Source: Candidatus Zixiibacteriota bacterium (GTDB lineage Bacteria; Zixibacteria; MSB-5A5; GN15; FEB-12). Taken from it: a stretch of 10,306 nt of DNA. The translations under genes and the position numbers were made by a program. Each line of letters begins with the position of its first letter. Within the stretch, counting starts at the first letter, position 1. The stretch spans positions 1 through 10,306 of the forward strand of contig JBGSIV010000182.1 of NCBI GenBank assembly GCA_041742355.1, in the 5' to 3' direction. Positions 1 through 6,412 of the stretch are shown in pieces. The notes under the pieces were generated by a model, which was given only the letters and a program-made list of their open reading frames with translations, had not been told where the DNA came from and searched no databases.

Positions 1-1
1 C

Positions 2-31
2 CAGCGGCGTCGACGCCCGCGCAAGAAGTAA
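2..31 (+). CDS. Possible 3' end of an upstream gene (…QRRRRPRKK*), partial
   Basis: Frame 2 reads a basic tail ending in TAA at 29-31, 31 nt before the next ATG. Too short to confirm. Confidence 0.3.
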   Translation, partial: QRRRRPRKK

Positions 32-62
32 TGGCGTCTTCGCGCTTCCCCGGGAATAGCCC

Positions 63-998
63 ATGCTCTACCTGATCGCCGCCATACTCTGCAGCGCCTC
101 CATCGCCCTGCTCTTCAAGCGCAGCGAGTCCTCCGACATGAACCGCTATGCTGTCACGACGGCCAACTACGCCATGGCCTCGCTGATCGCCGTCTTTCTC
201 ATCGCCCTCACCTGGGACAACAAGCCCGCCTACATCTCCATTACCGGCTCCCTGAGAGCCATCGCCCGCATGTTTCTCGAAGGGGCGCCGTTGCCCCCGC
301 GCGCCAGCCTCATCTGGAGCCTCACCGCAGGCGCCGCCGCCGGTGTCGTCTTCTTCCTCGGTTTCATCTACTACCAGCTCGCCATCCGGCGTCACGGGGT
401 CTCGCTCTCCGGTGCATTTTCCAAGCTCGGCATCCTCGTCCCCATGTCTCTCTCGCTCGTCCTCTGGCGCGAATACCCCGCCGGCATCCAATGGCTCGGC
501 ATCGCCCTCGCCGTCGCCTCGATCCTAATCGTCAACTGGCCCTTCGGGACAACAGGTGCCCCACCGCTTGCGGTGGGATCCCCTGCTTTCAAACCCACCC
601 TCCTCCTCCTCGCCCTCTTTGGCGGCCTCGCCGAATTCTCCAACAAGATTTTCCAGAAATACGGCTACCAGGTCGACATGCCCCTCTTCCTCGTCGCCGT
701 TTTCGGCTGCGCCTTCTTCCTCAGCTTCATCGTCACCTGGCGCCTGCGCTCCCCGGTCCACACCCGCGACCTTTTCATGGGCGCCGCTATCGGCATCCCC
801 AACCTCTTCGCCTCCTTTTTCCTCATCCGCGCCCTCGAAACCATTCCCGCGGCCGCCGCCTTCCCGGCCTACGGTGCCGGCACGATTATTATCATCAACC
901 TCGGCGGCCTCCTCCTCTTCCGGGAACGCCTCACCCCCCGTGAAATCGCCGGCATCCTCGCCACCATCGCCGCCCTTGTCCTCATTAACCTGCGCTGA
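63..998 (+). CDS. DMT/EamA-family (drug/metabolite transporter) inner-membrane protein
   Basis: 311 aa with about 10 hydrophobic segments in two repeated halves. Typical EamA half-endings are present (LSLVLWREYPAGIQWLGIALA and GLLLFRERLTPREIAGILAT). Codons are strongly C-ending. Confidence 0.85.
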   Translation: MLYLIAAILCSASIALLFKRSESSDMNRYAVTTANYAMASLIAVFLIALTWDNKPAYISITGSLRAIARMFLEGAPLPPRASLIWSLTAGAAAGVVFFLGFIYYQLAIRRHGVSLSGAFSKLGILVPMSLSLVLWREYPAGIQWLGIALAVASILIVNWPFGTTGAPPLAVGSPAFKPTLLLLALFGGLAEFSNKIFQKYGYQVDMPLFLVAVFGCAFFLSFIVTWRLRSPVHTRDLFMGAAIGIPNLFASFFLIRALETIPAAAAFPAYGAGTIIIINLGGLLLFRERLTPREIAGILATIAALVLINLR

Positions 999-1035
999 CC
1001 CCCCTTCCCGGCGCATTCCCTGCGACAAAATCCTG

Positions 1036-1065
1036 TTGCGCTGAAGAACCCCTCTGGCGTATACT
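1036..1065 (+). promoter_or_regulatory. Putative sigma70 promoter for the 1160 gene
   Basis: TTGCGC (1036-1041), 18 nt, then TATACT (1060-1065) in the intergenic region. RBS AAGGAGG lies just upstream of ATG 1160. Confidence 0.45.
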
Positions 1066-1159
1066 TCCGCCGTACCTCTGACTTACCCGCATCAGTACAC
1101 GCGTAACGCAGAGATAACTCGAATTGCGAAAGCCGCTGATTTTGTAAAGGAGGCTCTTC

Positions 1160-2347
1160 ATGAAGACCTTGTTCATGGTTTGTTCGATACTCGCCTTGTC
1201 CCTCACCGCCGCCGCCACTCCAAAAGATGCGGCTCCCGGCCTCAATACCCTGGCCTCAACCTGGGACAGCCTTCTCACCCCCACCTACGAGTGGGTGAAC
1301 CTCTATTGCCCCTCCCCTCTCCTCGATGGCGCCCCGCTCCAACCCGGCGACACCATCTTTGTTTTCGACCCCGACGGCATACTGTGCGGTATCGACACGG
1401 TCCGCGCCGACGGCGCCTACGGTTTCCTCCCGGTCTACCGCGATGACGCCTATTCGACCGAGGACGAGGGCGCGCTCCCCGGCGACACCCTCTACTTCGC
1501 CATCAACGATATCCTCGTCCGCACCGAGATCCCGGTCCTCTGGACCGCCAACGGCGACCAGCAGGTTGTCTGCGCCTTCATCTCCCTGACCGAACAAATC
1601 CCCGTCCATATCGACATCAAGCCCGGCTCCTGTCCCAACCCGTTCAACCTGAACGGCAATATCGAGGCCGGGCAATCGGTCCTCCCGGTCGCCATTCTTG
1701 GCACCGACGAACTCGATGTTCGCGACATCAACCCCGCCACCGTGACCCTCGCCGGTGCGGGCGCTGTCCGCTGGAGCTATGAAGATGTCTCGCAGCCCAA
1801 AGAGGATCCGAGCGACACCTGCGGCTGCCACAACCTCCGCGCCGACGGTTACACCGATCTTACGCTGAAATTCTACCGCAACGATATCGCCCCCGCCCTG
1901 CGCAACGCCTACGATCGCGAGTACCTCCCGCTCGTGCTGACGGGCCGCCTCAACGACGGCACCTGGATCAGCGGCGCCGACTGCGTCCGCGTCCAGCGTA
2001 ACGACAAGAGCGCGTCCGACGACAGCGAGACGGGCAGCGATGATCAGAGTGATAACGTTGAGCCCGGCGCCGGCGCCTTCACCATGTCCAACCACCCGAA
2101 CCCGTTCAACCCGTCGACGACCATCTCGTTTACGTTGCCGGAAGCGGGCCAGGTCGCGCTCCGGGTTTTCGATGTTCGCGGACGGCTCGTGCGCACGCTG
2201 GCCGACGGCTCCTTTGAGGCCGGCACGCATTCGGTCGAGTGGAACGCCACCGACGGCTCCGGTCGGCGGGTCGCCAGCGGCATTTATTTCTACCGCCTGA
2301 TATCCGACGGCCTCGATCGCACGCAGAAGATGATCCTGATGAAGTAG
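1160..2347 (+). CDS. Secreted multidomain protein with C-terminal FlgD-Ig / T9SS type A (Por secretion) sorting domain
   Basis: AAGGAGG RBS and signal peptide MKTLFMVCSILALSLTAAA. Central IDIKPGSCPNP…LPVAILG…DGYTDL domain, then an acidic linker. C-terminus NHPNPFNPSTTISF…VFDVRGRLVRTL…VEWN…VASGIYFYRL…KMILMK matches the TIGR04183/FlgD_ig-type pattern. Confidence 0.85.
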   Translation: MKTLFMVCSILALSLTAAATPKDAAPGLNTLASTWDSLLTPTYEWVNLYCPSPLLDGAPLQPGDTIFVFDPDGILCGIDTVRADGAYGFLPVYRDDAYSTEDEGALPGDTLYFAINDILVRTEIPVLWTANGDQQVVCAFISLTEQIPVHIDIKPGSCPNPFNLNGNIEAGQSVLPVAILGTDELDVRDINPATVTLAGAGAVRWSYEDVSQPKEDPSDTCGCHNLRADGYTDLTLKFYRNDIAPALRNAYDREYLPLVLTGRLNDGTWISGADCVRVQRNDKSASDDSETGSDDQSDNVEPGAGAFTMSNHPNPFNPSTTISFTLPEAGQVALRVFDVRGRLVRTLADGSFEAGTHSVEWNATDGSGRRVASGIYFYRLISDGLDRTQKMILMK

Positions 2348-2351
2348 CTGG

Positions 2352-2378
2352 GCAGGAGCCCCCAGGCTCCTGCTGTTG
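2352..2378 (+). terminator. Hairpin immediately after the stop codon, possible intrinsic terminator
   Basis: GCAGGAGCC-CCCA-GGCTCCTGC (9-bp perfect stem) followed by TGTTG. The U-tract is weak. Confidence 0.45.
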
Positions 2379-2465
2379 AAGTGCTGTCGGGCTGCAAACA
2401 GTCTGACCTTCGCGGCCAGTTCGGGTGAGTCTCTTCCCACCGCGAGCGGTGAGGCACTCGTGCAT

Positions 2466-2751
2466 TTGGGTTCGTTCTGGCATCTTGAAGTTTTCTTTCC
2501 CAGCCGGGTTTCTCGGGGCTTACGCCCCTCGGAGTCCTACGTGCGCCCCAAATCAATTGGGTTCGTTTGAACATAATCTCCTCTGTTTTCATAGCTCTTC
2601 CCTGTCTTTCTATCTGAGAGAGTGGGCCACCGGAAATCGGGTTCGTTTGCGCAATCCCGGCATACGGTAGACCTGGACGTGACTGGATTCCCGCCTGCGC
2701 GGGAATGACGGAAGAGGAAACTCTCTGCTCTTGATTGGGTTCGTTTGCGCA
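2466..2751 (+). repeat. Four direct copies of the 17-nt motif T(T/C)GGGTTCGTTYKNNCA (2466-2482, 2557-2573, 2637-2653, 2735-2751)
   Basis: TTGGGTTCGTTCTGGCA, TTGGGTTCGTTTGAACA, TCGGGTTCGTTTGCGCA and TTGGGTTCGTTTGCGCA. Start-to-start distances are 91, 80 and 98 nt. Confidence 0.85.
2683..2709. repeat. dRS3-like / GTCATTCCCGC-type palindromic repeat
   Basis: CTGGATTCCCGCCTGCGCGGGAATGAC contains ATTCCC-N8-GGGAAT (2687-2706), the Neisseria dRS3 consensus. Confidence 0.7.
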
Positions 2752-2904
2752 GATTCCCTATTCCTGATTCTCCCGTTTTCAGGCTCCAAGGAGCCTGACC
2801 TACTTCCTTACAAGAAGAGCACTAGTATCGGGCTACCCGCAGCAGAGCTGCGGGTCACCTGTTCATTCTGACAGGTTGCAAGAGACCTGACCTGCTTTCT
2901 GAGC

Positions 2905-2933
2905 GGCACGACCGCCGAAGGGTCGTGCCCTAC
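2905..2933 (-). repeat. GTAG-type REP-like hairpin (distinct family)
   Basis: GGCACGACC-GCCGAAG-GGTCGTGCC-CTAC: 9-bp perfect stem with a GTAG foot on the - strand. Confidence 0.65.
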
Positions 2934-3003
2934 GTCGTGGTCTACGTCTGACCGGTTCATACGCTTCGGGATCCCACAGCAAGCTGTGGGCGACCCGCCC
3001 AGA

Positions 3004-3046
3004 ACACTCTGCTCATTACACCCTGTCCGATTACACTCTGTTCTAT
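3004..3046 (+). repeat. Degenerate 14-15-nt tandem repeat x3
   Basis: ACACTCTGCTCATT / ACACCCTGTCCGATT / ACACTCTGTTCTAT. Confidence 0.5.
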
Positions 3047-3268
3047 ACTTACCGGGACGTCGGGGCAATCTCCATCAATAGTCTGATGAAGGTGGGCAGA
3101 ATCAACGGTGATTTACCAGCGTGCGAGGGAGTGAATACGGTAAAGGATGAGAACTTAACGTTTTCGGCGCTGAAAGAGGGGATCTTCAAAGGTCGGGAAT
3201 GACCAGCAGGACGGGAGCCTTCAGCAATCACGGCCTGTGCGTTGCGTCATGCGCGAACCGTTCCCCTT

Positions 3269-3355
3269 CCGCAGGGTCTTGCGCGACCCCGAGCGGAGTG
3301 AGGGGGAGCGTGTGACCCTGCGGTGTCGCGGCAGATGTGGACATCTGCCGCGCAC
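3269..3355. repeat. Two adjacent palindromic elements
   Basis: CCGCAGGGTC (3269-3278) pairs with GACCCTGCGG (3314-3323) around a 35-nt loop. CGCGGCAGATGT-GG-ACATCTGCCGCG (3327-3352) is a 12-bp perfect inverted repeat followed by CAC. Confidence 0.65.
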
Positions 3356-3375
3356 GGATAAGCGTAACGGATTTC

Positions 3376-3392
3376 TGCTCAAACGAACCCAA
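3376..3392 (-). repeat. Fifth, inverted copy of the 17-nt motif
   Basis: TGCTCAAACGAACCCAA is the reverse complement of TTGGGTTCGTTTGAGCA. Confidence 0.8.
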
Positions 3393-3394
3393 AT

Positions 3395-3423
3395 GGAAAA
3401 CGGCCGGGAACATCCCGGCCGTT
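3395..3423 (-). terminator. Intrinsic terminator of the phosphofructokinase gene
   Basis: On the - strand: AACGGCCGGGA-TGT-TCCCGGCCGTTTTCC, a GC-rich stem with a T run, about 25 nt after the pfk stop. Confidence 0.65.
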
Positions 3424-3447
3424 CAGTGCTAACATGAGCCGCTCAAC

Positions 3448-4650
3448 TCAGCCTTCGGTCATGATAAACAGCGGCTGCATCTGGAACGAGTGGTAGTAGG
3501 GCCGCAGCCGCTCCTTGTTGTAGTAGCGCTCCACATTGACCAGCTTCTTCGTGCTGGACACGACATCCACCGGCATGTTGTCGTACCGGCCGTTCTTGAG
3601 CACCACCAGTCGGCCGTGGATCTTCTTGAGGATCAGGTCGAGCGCCAGGTTGCCGTAGGCCATCGGCACCACCGAGTCGACCGCGTCGGGATCGCCGCCG
3701 CGTACGAGGTACCCCAGTTTCTGGGTAATGACATTGATCGGCTTGCCGTTGTTGTACTTCCCCGAGCGGTTCTTCAGCTCCACTGACACGAGGTCGCCGA
3801 TTCCGCCCAGCTTTTTGTGCCCGTAGGCGTCGGTGGTCAGGTCCTGGAAAACCATCTCCCCGCCCTCGAACATCGCCCCCTCGCTCACGAGGACGATCGA
3901 GTAGCGGCTGGGGTTGTGCTTGCGGTCGAAGACCAGCAGTTCGGTCAGCAGCTCGATATTGAACTGGTGCTCCGGGATCACGCACCGGTTCGCCGCCCCG
4001 GCCATCGTCGGCAGCATGGCCGTGAACCCGGCGTACCGCCCGAACACCTCCAGCACGAGGAAGCGTTCATGCGAGCCGGCCGAGGTCCGCAGGAGGTTGG
4101 TCATCATGATCGTCCGCGTCACACAGGTCGAGAAGCCGATGCAGTAGTCCGTTCCCGGCACGTCGTTGTCCATTGTCTTGGGAATGGCGACCACCTTGAC
4201 CCCCTCCTGGAACATGCGCTGGCCGTAGCTGAGCGTGTCGTCGCCGCCGATCGGGATCAGGTAGTCGATGCCGAGCCAGTCGAGGTTCTTGATGACCTCC
4301 GGCGTCAGGTCGTTCTTCTCTTCCTTGTACGTGTCCTGGAGATGCGGCGGCACGTGCTCGCGGCGGACGTGCCCCGGGTGCGTGCGGGAGCTGTGCAGGA
4401 ATGTCCCGCCCGTCCGCCCGGCCCGGTTCACGATCTCCTCGGTGAGAATCTGAAAATTGTCGCTGTTGTCGTAATCTTTTTCGCGCACCACGTCGACGAT
4501 GCCCGCCCAGCCGCGCCGCAGTCCGATCACCTGGTATCCCTCGCGGATCGCGCGGATAGTGACCGCCCGGATCGCCGGATTGAGACCGGGGACATCGCCG
4601 CCGCCTGTGAGTATGCCTATGACGCCCTTGTTGGAGCTGATGTTTGCCAC
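3448..4650 (-). CDS. pfkA: 6-phosphofructokinase (PfkA superfamily), probably pyrophosphate-dependent
   Basis: GTG start with GGAGG RBS (4659-4663). Motifs GILTGGGDVPGLN, GGTFLHSSR, IGGDDT, PKTMDND, IGFST, EVFGRYAG, VSEGA and LGYLVRGG. Confidence 0.93.
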   Translation of the reverse strand: MANISSNKGVIGILTGGGDVPGLNPAIRAVTIRAIREGYQVIGLRRGWAGIVDVVREKDYDNSDNFQILTEEIVNRAGRTGGTFLHSSRTHPGHVRREHVPPHLQDTYKEEKNDLTPEVIKNLDWLGIDYLIPIGGDDTLSYGQRMFQEGVKVVAIPKTMDNDVPGTDYCIGFSTCVTRTIMMTNLLRTSAGSHERFLVLEVFGRYAGFTAMLPTMAGAANRCVIPEHQFNIELLTELLVFDRKHNPSRYSIVLVSEGAMFEGGEMVFQDLTTDAYGHKKLGGIGDLVSVELKNRSGKYNNGKPINVITQKLGYLVRGGDPDAVDSVVPMAYGNLALDLILKKIHGRLVVLKNGRYDNMPVDVVSSTKKLVNVERYYNKERLRPYYHSFQMQPLFIMTEG

Positions 4651-5349
4651 GTTTACAACCTCCGTGTTCGTACTCGGACCGACCTGGCCCGTACAGGATA
4701 TTCATCGACAGCCCGGGGCATTCTCCCAAGGCCGCGGCCGGCCCTGAGGTTTCGTCCCGCCGACCCCGCCCGGTTCAGCCGGGACTGGCAAGCCCCGTTA
4801 CGCTACGCTCCCGCGCTGACTGGAACAACCAAAACCTGAGGGTGTTTCGGGAGCATTTTATTGTCCGGGTCTCAGAGGCTCCTCCAGGGTCGCTGCCGAC
4901 CCGGCAGAGCCCTCTCCGGGCCGCTCTGCTCCAATCTTTGGGAGCAGAAAGACAACGATCCGCAGTTTGTACGCCTCAAAAGGCCGGGGCCCAAAACTCA
5001 AGACACATTATAGACAGGCCGCGCAAGACTGCCCGACCAAAATTGTCCGGAATACCGACCATAAACCGGATGTCCTTGATGTCGGTGCAGGGGTCTTCGC
5101 GTAAACCGCTATGTCAAAATATCTTAATAGTAGAAGGCCCAGGGAGAGCGAACACGAGGAACTATGGTCTTCGTACAGCTGTTCTTGCTCGCAGAAGATA
5201 AACAAATATTGGTCAAGAGATCCAGCCTGACCACCCGTTGTGGTTGGACACTTCGCCAAGTAACTTAGTGGACAGGCGGCGGACGCCAGCGTGTGTCGGA
5301 CAGGCTGCCGCCCTCCACACCACGGTCACGCAACAATCGGATGATACCC

Positions 5350-5985
5350 ATGAATCCTTCCAAACTGCTCCTTCCTGACAAGAACGCGGCCCGGAAGGCC
5401 GATGACGCCGCACCGGATCGCCTCGAACTTCTCGCGGAGTACTACCGCCGCATCATGAGCGAGATCGGCGAGGACGTCACTCGCCCCGGCCTGGCCAACA
5501 CGCCGATGCGGGCCGCCAAAGCGATCGAGTACCTTTGCCACGGCTACACGATGGATATCGAATCTGTCATCAACGGCGCGATCTTCCCCTCGAGCGCGAG
5601 CGAAATGGTCCTCGTGCGCGATATCGAGCTGTATTCCCTGTGCGAGCATCACCTCCTGCCGTTCTTCGGCAAGGCCCATATCGCCTACATCCCCAACGGC
5701 AAGGTGATCGGCCTGTCCAAGCTCGCCCGTGTTGTCGATGTCTTCGCCCGTCGGCTCCAGATCCAGGAAGAACTGACCAACCAGATTGCCGACTGCATTC
5801 AGAAGTACACCGACGCCAAAGGTGTCGGCGTGGTAATCGAGGCCCGCCACCTGTGCATGATGATGCGGGGTGTGGAGAAGCAGAACTCCAGCATGACCAC
5901 GTCCTGCCTGCTGGGTGAGCTGCACGACGATCCTTCGACCCGGGCCGAGTTCTTCAGTCTTGTCCACGGCGCGTCGCGTCGCTGA
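5350..5985 (+). CDS. folE: GTP cyclohydrolase I (type IA)
   Basis: Motifs [19 protein letters not shown] (Zn ligands), GLSKLAR, RRLQIQE and HLCMMMRG. Start is uncertain: ATG 5350 has GGA 8 nt upstream, 5341 is possible, and GTG 5293 is unlikely. Confidence 0.95.
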   Translation: MNPSKLLLPDKNAARKADDAAPDRLELLAEYYRRIMSEIGEDVTRPGLANTPMRAAKAIEYLCHGYTMDIESVINGAIFPSSASEMVLVRDIELYSLCEHHLLPFFGKAHIAYIPNGKVIGLSKLARVVDVFARRLQIQEELTNQIADCIQKYTDAKGVGVVIEARHLCMMMRGVEKQNSSMTTSCLLGELHDDPSTRAEFFSLVHGASRR

Positions 5986-6225
5986 GGGTAGCTCGCCCGG
6001 AGCCTTCCCTCCGCCAATTCTCCAAATTCTTCTCAATCCGCCCGATGGCCGGAGCCGGTCAGTTCGGGCCGGATTGACCGTTCCTCCCTTTTAGCCGCGA
6101 CGGATCTTTGCTGCTGCGATCGCACGCGGTTCTTTCCGCCAGATTCTCTCCACAGAGTGGGTATTGCCGCCGTATTACGTTCGATGGTTGTTCCCGCGTA
6201 ACTGACTGTCAGATCGGGCCAATGA

Positions 6226-6254
6226 TTAGCGCAGAATGTGTTTTTTCTTATAAT
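6226..6254 (+). promoter_or_regulatory. Putative sigma70 promoter of the TonB-receptor operon
   Basis: TTAGCG (6226-6231), 17 nt, then a perfect TATAAT (6249-6254) in an AT-rich island. Confidence 0.45.
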
Positions 6255-6412
6255 TGTGATGTTTTTGGTTGATCGAATCCCCCTTGCAGGCAAAGTTTTA
6301 CCCTGAGGGTGAACCCATAGATCGAAGAGGGAAGATGAGGACAAGCGTTATTGAGTCACATAACATCATTCACATTTTTACTTTCATTACTCCCACAATG
6401 GAGGTCCACCAT

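Larger units (their letters stand above)
2386..2895 (-). repeat. GTAG-type REP-like family A, three 26-nt copies (2386-2411, 2778-2803, 2870-2895)
   Basis: GTCGGGCTGCAAACAGTCTGACCTTC, TTCAGGCTCCAAGGAGCCTGACCTAC and GACAGGTTGCAAGAGACCTGACCTGC. Each is a hairpin plus a CTAC-like foot (GTAG on the - strand). Confidence 0.65.
2436..2997. repeat. REP-like hairpin family B, three copies (2436-2460, 2836-2861, 2973-2997) plus a half copy (2622-2633)
   Basis: CCCACCGCGAGCGGTGAGGCACTCG, CCCGCAGCAGAGCTGCGGGTCACCTG and CCCACAGCAAGCTGTGGGCGACCCG. Stem changes are compensatory and the CACCCG-like tail is shared. Confidence 0.6.

Noticed and set aside
1070..1159. Riboswitch (e.g. c-di-GMP) in the leader of the secreted-protein gene
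   Set aside because: Only short, weak stems and an isolated GCGAAAGC are present. The GEMM GGCAAA…GACGCAAA pattern is absent.
2466..2751. CRISPR array
   Set aside because: Repeats are only 17 nt and degenerate, the intervals are 63-81 nt and contain other repeats, one copy is inverted, and there is no leader or cas gene in view.
3083..3180. Hammerhead ribozyme or fluoride riboswitch suggested by CTGATGA
   Set aside because: There is no stem II followed by GAAA and no GATGG/AAACCGC elements in the right arrangement.
2290..3437. Short ORFs in the spacer (2290-2592 -, 2376-2570 +, 2425-2670 +, 2808-3068 -, 3049-3231 -, 3228-3413 -, 3237-3437 +, and a 38-aa ORF from ATG 3086)
   Set aside because: They run through repeats (recurrent LGSF/KRTQ are translations of the 17-mer), lack the host codon bias and show no recognisable domain.
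4644..5201. 185-aa ORF between pfk and folE
   Set aside because: It overlaps the pfk start/RBS, has R/P/S-rich non-protein-like composition and lacks codon bias.
5200..5349. THF, THF-II (folE motif), ZTP or preQ1 riboswitch upstream of folE
   Set aside because: None of the conserved cores could be recognised by eye. An Rfam scan would be definitive.
6269..6412. 48-aa N-terminal extension of the TonB receptor given by the ORF track
   Set aside because: The region is AT-rich and promoter-like. The RBS and signal peptide point to ATG 6413.
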